Shown piece after piece: positions 13,504 through 27,783 of a stretch of 64,000 bases of DNA. Source of the stretch: Paragordius varius (Eukaryota > Animalia > Nematomorpha); assembly GCA_964247055.1 (NCBI GenBank), contig OZ176051.1, positions 3,348,001 to 3,412,000 of the forward strand, written 5' to 3'. Position 1 is the stretch's first letter, and each line of letters begins with the position of its first letter. Position numbers and translations under genes: made by a program. The notes under the pieces are model-generated. The model had not been told where the DNA came from and did not search any database. It was given only the letters and a program-made list of their open reading frames with translations.

Positions 13504-16500
13504 TTATTCTTGATAATGTTTCATAGTTCTATGAGCCTTTTGTAAAAGTACATCCTTATGCTCAACGAATATACCCGACGTCTTCAACAAATGATAATTC
13601 TTGCTATCAAACCAATTATAAAGTCTCAACACAAGTTTGGCTTGGGACTTCGTACTAAAAGTTTTACGGTTATTATATTCTTGCCAAGAAGTTTCAGAAT
13701 GTTTTCCCAACTCTAATGCAACCGTTTGAATATCATGATCTTTATGTTGGACTCTCATATTATCATCTCGGATCAAAGGAATCCTCAAGTACGTGGCCAA
13801 TAAAGATAGAAACTCTGTTAAATTAGTGTCCTTATTTTCAGGATTATTTTGATCCGGTATATTGGCACGAGTAGATACAAGTTCATCCATTAAAAGTAGA
13901 TTTATTTTATGGTATAATCCCTAAAACATACATATAGAGCTTTGTTTTAATAATAATATATAAATATTTAATTAAATGTTACATGATTAAATTATTTTTT
14001 GTCGCATCATAAAATTTTGTATGATAAAATAATTTTAGCGAATAGACCGGCAGTAATCAAATACAGGTTTAATTATATTTTTTAAATACCGCAAACTGAA
14101 TAAATGATATATCCTATAAGCGGGAAAAAAAATTTGATAAAATACGTTTTTACAAAAAATTTCTTATCCTTTCAATTATACGTAGGGTATAATAATATAG
14201 TATACCTATTTAATATGATTGTTCTCATAAATTTATTATGAAAAACAATGGTAACAAAAGTCATTATAACAGGATACAAACATCTGTTAAAATTTTAGTT
14301 TATTATTCATTTATCAAACTTTATTTGAGTATTAATATTATGATAATTATCAGCCTTTAAAAAGGAATTAAACTTGATACAAAATACTTATATATAATGG
14401 TAAATGACGGATTGATTATGTTTTGTAATAACAGTTGTAAAATCCGTAATATAATGATAATCGAAAATTAAATATAAAATTAATAGAAAGATAACCTTAA
14501 AAGTTTGAGGATCAAAACAATCATCATTTACGCAAATTAAATCATTGGACACTGCAGAATTTGATTGAATATTAAACCATTTTAAAGCTTCGTAAGACAA
14601 ATTTATAAGTTTTTCTTTGAACTGGCTTTTTTCGTTGTTCAACATAAAAAATGTATCTTCATACACAGTTATGTTTGTATCGAGGATCAAAGTTAACGCA
14701 CACTAAATTATAAACAAGTAAAAGTTATCATAAAATAATTTTTAAAATATACAGGTTATTAAAAATATTCATATAAAACAATGGTCACAAATTTATGGAT
14801 TGTTTATTAAGAAACTTGGGTTTTAAAAACAATCTCTTGTAATCCTAGATAAATTACAAAGATTTAAATACACAAACATCAAAAAAATTGTAATTTGCTG
14901 ACTAGCAAATAACTTGGGGAAAAACAACAATTTGAAGCTGGTAATTAACTTAATTTAAAATTTTTAAGATACACTTTTGATATTAGCTCATAAAATAGAG
15001 TTAGATCATGGCAAACTACAGCTATTAAAAATGGCCATTTTCGGAATAAAAGCTTCCTTAAAATTGAGTGCATGTGAATTTAGTGCTCTAATATAAAACA
15101 ATATAAAACCTTATAAGCATCAATCTCTTTTTCGAATGATGTGATTTTTAAACCATTATCATACAACAACATGTTTGTTGATAGCAAGTTGCTGATATTA
15201 TCGTGAGATAAATATATTATGTCTAAAATTCCTTCAAGTTTATGAATCAATTCTTCTCCATGCTGAACTTCATTGCAGACATCTAGTTGCTGATTTGCAG
15301 TATCATTTATATAAACCTTAAAATGAAAAGGTATATATATTAATCAAATTTAGGCATTTGTTTAAATGATAATTTTAAGACAGGCCAACACGCTTTATTT
15401 GATACGCAAAAGAGTTAAAAAAATTTAAAAAAAGGGAAAAAATTGGATTTCAATCAAAAATTTACGATATTAAAAGATATATCATCCAAAATTAGGCTCA
15501 ATATAAATAAAAAAAAACCAAAAATTATCAAAGTAACCGCAAATATATTTGTATCGGACACAGCCCTGTTTTAGGATAAAAGCCATCGTATATATAAAGT
15601 ATGGAGAAACAGCCTGTTTTTAACATGTTACTTAGACATTATAAATACATAATTTAAATAATGAAAAATATTGAAGAGTACATATTTGGAAGTTTAGTAT
15701 AAGAAGTGTTACGTATAAATATTAAACTTACTCAATATTTTACATTAAATTAATATTAAAACAAAAGATTTATAATATACTTTTTATTTATAAAAAAATG
15801 AAAATTACCTTAAAATAAAACTTTGCTAATAAGGATTGAAGCATGGCTGTCATCAGCGAGGTACGGCACGTTAACCGATAATGATATAATAATGCGTCAT
15901 GTATGCATATTAGACTTTCATAATTGCATTCTAAGGCAAATTCAATAAATTCATAATTTGATTAGTTTTTATTTTATACTTATTTAAGAATGATTACAAA
16001 ACGGAAAACTAAATCAAGGTTGATTGGAAGATAAAAGTGGCAATAATTGAAAATACAAAGGGAAAAACAGCTTTTAATTAGAATTTGGAGGTAATATTAT
16101 ATAATATTTGGTGAATTGCGCTAAAAATATGGTTTTTAAATAATTGTAACCTTATACTTTAAAACCATAAAAATGGGGTAAATACAAGACGTGAATATAT
16201 TATATTGTATCGTTAAAAAGCAATTGAATATAACCCATTGAATTCATACCTTTTTCAAAAATAATAGCATGACATTATTTAGGTGTAATAAAAAAGGAAC
16301 TTTCATTCCTAAATTACCGAATTCCAACAGGTGGCTAAATATAAGGGCTAAAATCCACCATTTGGTATTAGTATCACGTCCAACTAGGTGCAATAAAGCT
16401 TTTTCCTGTGCCCCAAAAGGTTCTACTTCAACATCGATTAGAGTCGCATTTGTGGTGCAAGGCAGTTCAATATCATTCTTTTGTCCATTTTCCGATTCAA

Positions 16501-19500
16501 TCCAAAACGAGCCTACATCTTTCAACATAGAGTCTGGACTGTAAGGTCCACCCTTCCCACACATATTTCTATATAAGGACAGGCAAAAATTTTGCAAACC
16601 AAATAGATTAATACATAAAAGGAAACTATTTAATCTGATATTCATTCCTTCAGATGATAAACAATAAAAATTTTGTGATATAATATTTCATCATTGTAAT
16701 AATTGATATCCATAGCAAAGATACTAGCAGATATCAACGAGTTTTATTTCATAAATTTTACTATAAATATTCAATAATCTTGTAATAAAAAACTCCTATA
16801 TACTTTGCAGAATTATGATTTGTGGAATTGATATTATTGACTGGGACAAACAATAAATACTTCAACAAATACGGCAAGTTACGTTCAACGTCAAAACAAG
16901 CGGATTGTTTCAATATGTCAATTATTATATCATCTCGTGGTGTGAATATACCCATTTTGCTTTTTAGATGATCCTAATTATATAATAACGAAATAAGTAT
17001 AAATGAAAATGTAAATATATAGGAATAAATCATTTTTAGAACTTTACCTTATATTGATGTTGACCGGTTTCTCCCGTAATGTATTTCAATAATGCTTCAT
17101 TTATGGGGGGAGATAGGTGAATTTCAAACGTACATTTCAAGATTTCAAGTTTTATGCGGCGCGCAAAACAAACAAGCATATCATACGAATCTTCGACCCC
17201 GATCGGCGCAACAAAGTTTCCGTCTTTAAAATCTTTGTACGATTGTTTATCACAAGGTTCTGAAAGTTAAAATTGGTAATGATTAACAGATGTTAAGTTT
17301 AAATTAACGAAATTTGCTCTTTTGATCCATAAGTAATAAAAATTTGTGAAAAAAATACTTTTATGTAGAGGAAAGAATGTTGAAGGTCCCTCAATGTCAT
17401 TCGTATAAATGTGTCTAGCTATCATACTATCTAGCCAAGCATAAGTGGATTTAACATTCGGACAGGAAAGTTCCTTATACTTACCGTAAGCCATATTCAT
17501 GCACCAATCCTAAAAGTAAAACTTTTGTTATTATCACTATTCTTTTGAAATTAAAGGAATAAATTGCTCACCCACAAAATTTATTATAAAATACCTCTAT
17601 AAAATATAGTATGGTTAACTAGATGTATAAAGGATGTTACCAAACACTAGCATACAAAAGATATTCTCAAACACCTTTAAATTAATTTTGAAACGAATCA
17701 AACCTATAAAATTATAATAAGTAATATGATACAAAATGTCACACCATCTATTTTAATATTCATACCAAAAATGTTTTCTTTTTTAGTTTGGAGAGATAGA
17801 CACTATTTGGAAGGGTGTGTTTGAAAATTACGCCTAAACTAAGATAGGCCCGGATAGCTATGAGATTTGAACGAATATGTCTATCATTATCAGTTATTAT
17901 CGCGTTCGTTGATCTCAAAGTTAATTTATTGTAAAGTTTAAGGGTTGTATACAACATCCATACAAATAATTTGCATTTTGTATATAACTTGAGCAATATG
18001 TCATATTTAAAATCTGTGTAAAATTAATTATATGATTTTAAAAATATAAGATAATTTTCAAAAAGATAAATAATTTTATTAACCTATCTTAGATACTGCA
18101 TAGGAATCATAATCCACAAGATAATCGGCCCAATATTGTAATATGGATAATTTGAGAATTTCACAATCCACATCCTCGTTTAAACAGTGACACATAGGAC
18201 TAAATCATTGATAAAAAACATATTATTTTGGTAAAATGAAAAAAATATTTATATTTTTAGAATATATATTAATTAAAAAAATTAGTATAGTTTGGACAAA
18301 ATCATATAAATAATAAGTTAAATGTAAAAAAAGAAATCCAAATAATTAATAAAATATATTGATACTCTCTCCCAAGAAAATTCATATTGTAATAATAAAT
18401 GGTAAAAAGTTTCATGATTCTAAAATATATTGTTAAGTAAACCTATGTTGCACATTGCAATCCTTTCCAATCACATAAGAGTTAGCAGACGAGTTTATAA
18501 GCATAGATGTTTCAAAGTTATTTTGCTCTTTATTGTAGAATTGTTGTGAATAGCCAGTTCCCGATGTTGTCCGCTTTAAACTCGATTTTTTGATCAAACA
18601 ATTTGAAAATGACTGTATAGGTATAACTGTTTTCAGATATTCCGTCAAATAATAGGTAACCCGGTAAATTAATTTGTTAAGGATAGTATGTTTAAAAGCC
18701 TTCCAAAGGATAACACATAATTCGTAGTACGATGCTATACAGATGCAAAATATATTGTTGCTAACTAAATTGTCTCCAAAATAATATTGGAAATCTTCCT
18801 CTTTACAATCATTCATGGCTGTATTCATTCGTCCAAAGAACTGAACACATTCACAATGCATCCGTTTAAATTGATTCTAAAGTTTTTATACAAGTTTATA
18901 GTCATTCACAAATAAAATTATAATTGAGACCATATAAGTAACGCGATATCTTTGAATAAAAGTTATCATAATTCGAATTAAAAAGATTGATGTTACATAT
19001 CAACTAATAAATTTTCTTGCTTTTGTGATACCAGGCTTAAAAACAAAATCGCATCTTTAGTGTTTATATGTATAAATTCCTGACATAATTACAAAATAGC
19101 AATTTACCAATTTTTACGCACCCTGAACCATTTTATTTGACTGTTAAGTAGAGTATCCTTGTTGGTCAAATGTAATACAGTAGCGTATGATATTTAAAAA
19201 GTTTTGTCCATAATTAAATAAATAAATTGAATGTTGTAAAAATTTTCTTTACCATTCATCGTTTTTTACCCATATGCTACTGTATTGTCAATTAATCAAA
19301 ATAAAATGAATTGGCCAACATAAATGTGCATACTGTATTTAAATATGTAACTATCATTATAAAATATTCTTTTAAATTTGTTAATGTGGAAATAAAAATT
19401 TCGGATATAAATTATTCTATACATGATTTGCGAGGAATTGCATACTTTATATAAGTTTAACCTCATCGTTCAGAGTTGAGGTAAATGTCAATATACCAAA

Positions 19501-22500
19501 TTGCAACAACGTAAGCAATAAAACTTAGAAAATAAAGAAAAATAAGTACTTTTCCATCATAAGCACGGCAAATTTGTTTGATACGGCCCAATGTCTCTTT
19601 GTAGTTTGCATAAGCCAAAGTTTTATTATTTATGAAAGTAGAATCGTCAAGCAGTTTATAATTTGATTCGTTGTCGAATCCACTTATTAAATATTTTTGT
19701 TGCGGTTTAAAACCTTTGGGTTTTCTACGAATAGCTTTTACAAAGAGTAAAAAAGCGAGAATAATATCAATCAAAGCCATATAGAATGGCGGAGAGTTAG
19801 CAAAATCTGTCCAATGCATAGTATTGACGCGTGGTGAAGAAAGCTTATTATTTTCGGAGGAAGCTGGATTCAAATTTTGTATTTTTGATTTCACAAAAGA
19901 ATATGGAGAATATGTGGATACTTTCATCCATCCGTTCAATAATCGTCTTGATAAATAAGGAGATTCATTAACATTATTAGTGTAAACTAAATCATTTTTG
20001 TCGAAATTGACGGAGGAATCAACCCGGGTGTTTGAAGAATTTGTAAAAGTACTACTTAAAGGCATTGTTATTACAAATATTAGACTTAAACAACATAGGA
20101 CAAAACGGGAAGGATCCGACAATCCAACGCACACACGCTTCAGATTTTTGAAATTTATACCGTTAAGGGTCAAACTCGTTGATATTTTGGGTAATATGGA
20201 TGTTGGAGTATGCGACTGAGGCACAATAGTATTAAGCTGTATATTTGGTGTTTGTTTAACATGTCCATTCTTCCCTGTCAAATCTTGTATGGTCCAAATT
20301 TTGGTTTTATTTACAATGTTATTATTTTTGCCCATGTCATTTGCTATTGTAGTAGAGTTTGATCCCAAACACAATTGCTCATAAACTCGTTTGTTTGTAA
20401 TAATATTATTCCCCTTTTTAGGATTTTCAGCAACAATACCTTGATTTGGTAAACAAGATCCCGTTTTTTGTGGCAAACCAACCTTTTTATAAGCGCTAGG
20501 CGTAGACAAAATTGAATGAAGATTTTGTGAAAATTTTGTTGGCTGATTTGTTGGTTGCGAGGATTCCACATTCAAATTTTTAAATTGCTGACAATTAATT
20601 CCCGGCAACATATGTAATGTTTCGCTTGAATGATTCAACTGTGTAGCGTTGTTAAAATCCTCAATAACAATTTGATTATTGTACTTTTGATTAACAATAC
20701 CATTATAATCATTGATTGGCAGACCGTTTGCAAGATGACCTCTATTTTCCAAATTTATGGACTTTGAATCAGCTGTGTGAAAAGGCCCATTTACATTGGG
20801 TAATAAATTGAGTGTCCCGCCACTAATTAACTTCAAAAATTGTTCATTTGGTAATGAAAAACTTTCCTGGCTGTTGATACCTGAATTGGAAATCATATTA
20901 TTACTTTTGTTCATGGTATAGGATATATGATTATCAGAAGTGATATAATTTGGGGATGTATTGGATAGAAAACCATTATTGGTTTGATGTTGAACTATCA
21001 TTAATTGAGATCTTAAATCATTAACCTCGGATTTGAGCTGCATATTATTATGCTTAAGCATTTTTATCACATCTATAGCTTTTTGAAGTACGGATGATTT
21101 ATTGAGTTTGGTATTTCCGAAAATCCCGGATTGATTAGCTAATATTACAAAATATATATAGGAAAATTACTAGATTTGAGCCGAACGGATTATAATCATA
21201 TAAAAAAATAAATAAAATGTTCAAAAAAGCTAATTATAATATTAAATTATATTTACACACATAATGTTCTTAATAATATTCTACTTAAATTTTATCTGAT
21301 CAGACAAAAAAACTGATTTCACGAATCCATATATAATAATATTTATAGTCAATATTGGTTCAAAAGCGGTTATATATAATCATCTTTGGTTCTTCGCATT
21401 AGATGCGATTTTAAAAACTTATCTTTTAAATGATCGTTATAAACAAATCTTAAAAAACGGCAAATTCCGGTTTCAGTTCTGATAAGCCACGTTTATCAAT
21501 TGTAATTTCTTAGTCGCTTCTAAAGCTGCTGTTCGGAACCTTGATAGAGGTTTTTTAGCAAATCTAAGTAATATTTCGGTTTAATAGACCCATCATAGAA
21601 TATAGTAATCCATACAATTTAAAAAATAAAAAGATAAGATACCTTTATTATCCAAATCATCTTGGAGAGATGTGTTTACAGATGGATTTAATTTATTAAT
21701 ACTAGTAGTTGCGCAATATAATAGGCTATCGTCCATTATAAGTGCTTTTAGCTCATTAATTTTGCTATTTATACTAATTCGATATTTCTTTTCTATAGCG
21801 TTGTGGGCTAATCGTTTTTCTTTACGATCTGTTGAATTGCCTGAATCGTTTTTCTCATCGGCATTGGATGTTAAAGCATTCATTGAAAAATTACCAGTAG
21901 TGGTAGAGTATGGTTGATATTGGCCATTAGCCGGTGAATGTTGTTGGGAGTCTGAACTCGTGCTAGCAAATTCTTCGATACTTTTATCATGTTGATATCC
22001 ATCATTGGTGTTATAGGGTATGTTTTGAGATAATTTATTGCGCATACTTTGATTTTGGCTGTATACAATATTTTTTATCAAATCAGGGGGAGATTCTGAA
22101 GACCGGATATCGATAAAACTACTAGCATTTTGATATTGAGAAGCATTACTTAAAGTGATATCAAACACATTGTTCGGATTTTTATCATTGTTTTTAACCA
22201 CATATGGTATATTAACTATTAAAGATTTTCCTGTTGTCCGATCTTTTGCAAGGGCAGGCATTAACCCTAAATTTCCCAATGAAGATTGTGATCCATCCTT
22301 TAGATTGTTAACCAGGGTTCCCGAGTATATAAGATTTGAATTTACATTTAATATGGGCCCCGTTTCTTGATGAAGCGAAGGAACATTCTCAAAACTTTGA
22401 TAACAAAGATGTTCTACATTTGCGTAAAGATTTATTGAATCGTTTTGATTAGAAATTGGGTTTGTTAGATTGCTATTTTTTCCGTTTGCCAAAGTTGCAA

Positions 22501-22670
22501 ATTCATTAGCTTCCTTAATTTGAAAAACGGGTTTAATAATGTTATTAACAAAGAAAATTAAATTATACCTGCAAAATAGAATTAGAATCGATTTCGGATT
22601 GCATTCCATCAAACAAAAGCAAGTTTGGATCAATCAGTAAATCTAGCTCGGAGAAATCTGTTTCCTCCAT
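13504..22670 (-). CDS. SREBF1: Sterol regulatory element-binding protein (SREBP), about 14 exons, roughly 1700 aa
   Basis: Exon 1 22670-22569 encodes an acidic activation segment (MEETDFSELDLLID). Exon 2 22513-21643 has the basic region AHNAIEKKYR with the SREBP-diagnostic Tyr. Exon 3 21138-19550 has helix 2/zipper KLNKSSVLQKAID, DPSR-TM1, lumenal RRLL (S1P RxxL) and TM2. Phase-consistent C-terminal exons: 18876-18443, 18199-18084, 18013-17766, 17509-17359, 17259-17048, 16973-16804, about 16600-16250 (acceptor uncertain), 15316-15165, 15087-14975, 14702-14496, 13920-13504. The N-terminal half is secure; C-terminal boundaries are less certain. Confidence 0.9.
19178..19282. mobile_element. Tc1/mariner-pogo-type MITE (105 bp) in SREBP intron 3
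   Basis: TA|CAGTAGCGTATG ... CATATGCTACTG|TA; same termini as 61325-61486. Confidence 0.75.
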
Positions 22671-23181
22671 AATTTAAATTTTTATGTTAATTATTCAATA
22701 TAAATGTATATTTAAACAAAATGGATAATCGACGATTGCAATAAAATAGAATATGTTAAAAATGTCACATGAATTTGTATTATTTTATCCTTAAGTTACA
22801 TCATATGTGGAAACGCTATTATTTATTCAAACATAAAACCATAGACTCTTTTGGCACAAAACATAAATAAACCATATATATATGCTGTGTTCAAAATCCG
22901 AGTGTTTTTAATATATACTGATAAGCATATATATTCTGATAGATAAATGTATCAGGATTCTTATACTGCTTTTGGTTTTAGCCCTTACAAGTAATTTATA
23001 AAAATCCGGATGTTAAACTGCTCTTTCTCACATTTAATTAAATAATTTTTTTGATTATAGCTAATAAAGATTTCATTCCAAATCATTAAAATATATCATA
23101 AACTAATAATCAAAATTTTTTTAAAAAATTAATTATTTTTAGATGTGGGTTTTGATAGCAAAAATTTTTGCTTTATAAACT

Positions 23182-23720
23182 CTTTAAATTCAAAATGGGG
23201 TATCTAAATACCGCAGAGTTAGGATTTTTAAAAAACTACCGAAACGGTCTCAATATAAATTTATGCTTTTATTCTAATAAAAGTTATATAAATATGCCAT
23301 AACTAAATAAAATTTTTGTTTTGAAAAAAAATCCATGTCAAACTACTTCGACGCCATTTTTTTTTATAAAATTTTTGCAAATATCGTCTTCATTTATTTT
23401 TAAGGATGAAATTAAAGCTAATTTTTAATAAATTACATCTAACATTAATAAAAATAGAAAAAGCGGTGTATTTTGTATATTTTTCAATTTTACTAGTGCA
23501 CACATGTCACGTTGACTAAATTTTTACCTTTTGGTTTTAGTATAAAATAATTAATATCAACTATTTTTGAGATTTTTTTTATATATTTCGGTTTATTAAT
23601 GTTATATAAGTGAAAACTTTTACCATGGTTTTAATTTATTCCATATTTAAAATAATTAAATTTAAACAGGCCTGGGGTATTTGACCATCCCAATTTGAAT
23701 CGAATGACTAAAATGAATGT
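23182..23720. repeat. Diverged copy of the roughly 550-bp inverted-repeat element at 49067-49618
   Basis: Collinear similarity with 49067-49600 (caaaatggggtatctaaatacc, ccatgtc..acttcgac.ccatt, catgtcacg.tgactaaattt.taccttt, tggggtat.t.ac.atcc.aatttgaatcgaa); the ends are mutually inverted. Confidence 0.75.
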
Positions 23721-23864
23721 GCTCTTAGTTAAATTAAAAGCCAAATTGCCAAATTTGAGCGATTTAAATATTAAATATATGCTAAATTTTGATATCAACT
23801 AAAAACATTTTAAAAATTATGCATAATTCAAAAATCTAATTTTTTAGCATGATTCAAGCACCCT

Positions 23865-24110
23865 TCATACTACATGATGGAAACGGTATAAAAACGCATT
23901 GAGGTATTTGCTGAACGTATCTAGAACCCCGGATAATAAATTATTTGTTTTTCTACAAATTTATATTAAATATAAATAGTGATTTTACAAAAATCCAACG
24001 ATTATGAAATTTGAAAGCGATAGAAATGTTTAGCGTCATCGAATTATATAAAAAGCGTTTTTATAATACCTTTTTATACCGTTCCCACCATTCATCAGAC
24101 TACAATGAAT
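23865..24110. repeat. Dispersed palindromic repeat family (aaacggtataaaaacg ... cgtttttataccgtt)
   Basis: Inverted motif pair inside the segment; related blocks occur at about 48790-48830, 50030-50130, 50700-50800 and 57650-57920. Confidence 0.55.
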
Positions 24111-24815
24111 TAGGCTACATCAAAATTTCGATAAAAATTAAATTCGAAAACAGTATGAACCTTTAAAAAAAAATTTGCTGATACAAATATTTTCATATGT
24201 TTTAAAATTTTTATCGTGCGATGCGTAAGAGAAGCAGCCCATTTTATAATAGCAAAAAAATGAGACTTTCGCAGCTTATATCTAAAAATTAAAATTTCAA
24301 AATATTCTTATACGTAGTTTATGGGTGGGGGATAAAAAAAATTTTTTCACTAGACTTGCAAGTTTTTTAAGTCATGCCTTGCTTTTATGTAATAAAACAA
24401 ATTTAACATTAGACAACTTAAGTCAAGCAAGAAATGATTCATAGATGATAAAAAAATTATATGATCAAATAAAATTTAAATTTGCAAAAGAGGTGTAGAG
24501 CACACGTGAGAGATTTTAAAATATGGATAAAATTATTTTGGAAATTATTTAGAAATATAATTTAGGTTTTATATAAACCCTTTATTAATGCTATAAACTG
24601 TTTATATAATATTTTTTGGCTAACTAACCTATTGGGTGGATTCAGAAGAGGAAAATTTTTTAAAAAACTCTGCTAGTGTTTAATAACCATGCATATAATA
24701 ATATGCTAAATTTATCAATTCCGTGAACCCGCAAAAAAATTAGATTCAAGAAAATATCTTATAAAAATTAATCTTGTTTAAAATTGTCAATTCGTATTAC
24801 ATATAATATAAATAC

Positions 24816-25678
24816 TAGGGCTTGGAACCGGTGCAAAAAAAGTGGAACCGGGACCGGGTCGGTTCCTGAACAAGTGGAACAGGAACTTGGTTTTTAAGAA
24901 TTTAAAAATAGAACCGGGTGGTTCCTAAACTAATGGAACAGGAACCGCCTTGGTTTCTCAAAAAATTAGAGGTTCCGGAACCGGTTTTTTACATTTAGAA
25001 TCGGTTTCATTTTCGGGTTCTGACTTTTAATTAAATGATTTACAAAATTATTATAATAATACAACCAAAATTAAATCAAACAATTTATTATGAATTGCCA
25101 AAAGCATAATAAATGAAACAAATTATAAAAATATAATAGAAAAATGTATAAGTAAAAGGTATAAAATGAGAGTAAAATTAAGTATGCATCTAAAAAAACC
25201 TTATTTAAATAAAAAATTATTGGACCAAGCAATTCGCTGGTCCAACTGCTTCTCAAGTCTGAAAATAGAAAATTAAGGGTCAAAAATTCCTTTCAAAGGA
25301 GATCTATATATTCGAACATATGTATTATAACAAACTTGAGTTATGACTTAGTTTTTTTAGAAGAGATGATCGTCCATAATTCTGAGAGTATCGCTAATAT
25401 TAGCCGCTTAGTTTTAGGTTTGAAGTATGTTGTAATGTGTAGTGGTACAATCAAATTTAAATAATAAAATAAAATATAATAAAAATCATATGGGAACCAG
25501 TAATTAAGGGAGTGGAACCGGAACCGGGTTGGTTTCTAAAAACTTATAGTAGAACTGGGGTGGTTCCTGAAATTTTGGAATCGGTAACGGGGTGGTTCCC
25601 GGAGAAGTGGAACCGGGACCGCGTCGGTTCCATCCCAATGGAACCGGTTTTTCCATGCGGTTCCGGTTCCAAGCCCTG
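24816..25678. mobile_element. Non-autonomous hAT-type element (863 bp), intact ends
   Basis: TIRs TAGGGCTTGGAACCGG / CCGGTTCCAAGCCCTG, perfect 8-bp TSD ATAAATAC (24808-24815 and 25679-25686), many GGAACCGG subterminal motifs, no ORF. Confidence 0.9.
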
Positions 25679-27783
25679 ATAAATACTAAAGGTTACTTCA
25701 CCTTACCATGTAAAAAATTTTTATCATAAATTTATTTTATATGTAATGTTGATATTCAATTAAAAATAATAATAATATGTTGTTATATTGTATAAACATC
25801 CCATATTTGCAAATGGACTCCTAAAAAATAGGTAGTATGGTAAAATAATCGAAGACTGTTGTAAGGGCAAATGATTCATCAATTAAATTTTAGAGCTCAA
25901 TATAAAATCTGTAATATTAAATAACATATGTGCCATTGAGTTTGAAAAACTTCAATAAATGCATATTGTATTGATTGCTTATCTCTATATGATCAAAATA
26001 ATTCACGTAAAATTAGAATCGGGTGGCAAAAAAAATGTTACATTCATAAGCAAAAGATTTAACTTAAGTGTTTTTTATTGTACATGCTGGCTTAAGTAAA
26101 CTGCACAACTACCACGCTTGACAAGTCAGGACTTTTTATCGCTTCACCTAGATCTCCTTGTTTGAGAATTTTATAATATAATAAATTTTACATTTTTATC
26201 TTGGATTTTTTGAGAAGGGCGCAAGAATTTTTATATTCAACTTGGTGAGACGTAAACAAAAAAAGGTTGAGAACTACTGATTTACACAAATAACATTTTT
26301 AAATCTCATAATCCAGCTTACATTACACAAAATTAAATATCTTGATAAAATATATTTTTTCTGGTGAATAAAATCATGTATTTCTTAGTGCTTTTTGAGC
26401 CACGGTGATTCAAGAAAGATATTTGGAATTTTGGTAATTGTTCCATCTCGAAAAATCTCAAAATTTCACGTAATGCTAAATATAATTGTAAAAGCTAGAT
26501 TCTTTATTCCAATATTAATATAATCGTTAAATATAGAAAAGCAGATCAATAATTTTATAAAATTGTATTTTTTTAATGTAAGCTTTGACAGTCTCAAATT
26601 TTTTGCCAAAAAAGCAAGAATGATTAGTTTACAAGATAATAATATTAAATATATGCTAGATAGTGTCGGCATATTTTTTTTTTAATTTTTACAAATTTTG
26701 TTGAAGCTTGGAAATGGTAAGAAAACATCATATAAACTTTTTAAAAAGACATTGATGTTAAACGTTTGTATCATCTCAGAATTTCAATAACATTGATTCG
26801 CCTTGACTAAGTAGAATTTTGTAAAGAATACATATTATATTGAATTGAAATTAAAGACGGATAAATGTTTTAATCAAAATTCTCAGGCAGAAATGATTAA
26901 AGTTAAAAAATATTTTTATAATATCTTTAAGTGTTTGTGTTCCAAATTGAATCAAAGAAGTATTTAATAAATTTAATATTTTTTAAATATCTATTTTTTT
27001 AATTTTCCAGAAAATAAGTGGTATGCAATAAATTTTTTAACCTAATATTATGGCCATATTTATTCTTTTATAAAAAAGTTTATTTATAAAAATGAAAATC
27101 CTAATTAATGGACCAGGATCTATAAAATTTTAACCTAAATCTTTTTCTGTAAAAACACTGGAACCGCCAGAATAATTGGAAACGCAAAAACGCATCCGGC
27201 TTTCATTCCGGCTTTATTATAAACACAGTTTAATCACCTATTTGGATTGGTGCGGTTCATTTCCAAACGCCCTAAAAGTATGGATCATAAAAATCTAGTT
27301 CTCAAAATAGCGTACTTAAACTATTTTTTGAGATATGGAAGCACTTGAATTCCAAAAATAGTTTTAATGTTTAATTATAAGCGTACATCAGTCGAACTAC
27401 TATTTATTGTAATAAATATGGTTTCAAACAATTAGAACAAGATACATTGGGTGGTAAACGACTTAATGTTAACTCTTTATTTCACAAAATTGATATTATA
27501 TAAGTTTATTAAATGCATGGCGATTAAATAAACTACCTAAAAGACTATAATTTTCTGTACCACAGTTTATTGCAGAAAAAGCATTTAACAATCCGATCCA
27601 CAAATCATCGTTTAGACTAAGTCACAGCGCCCGTTAATTAGTGCAGTTTAGAGTTTAAATAATGCTAACTAAATTTGATTAATAATTTTTATAAATATCA
27701 TAATTACATATAATTTATCATGTAGTGAGTGACATTTAAAATAAATATTATTTAATGTGCGGCTATATAACTAAAATATTTGG

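Noticed and set aside
15088-15109. Possible 22-nt intron in SREBP (gttttatattgttttatattag)
   Set aside because: Splicing it in phase 0 leads to a stop. A 77-nt intron from the GTATGA donor at 15164 keeps the frame, so it was not counted among the tiny introns.
16269-22370. Plus-strand ORFs 16269-16544, 19998-20219, 21672-21917, 22155-22370
   Set aside because: They are antisense to SREBP coding exons and are explained by its codon structure.
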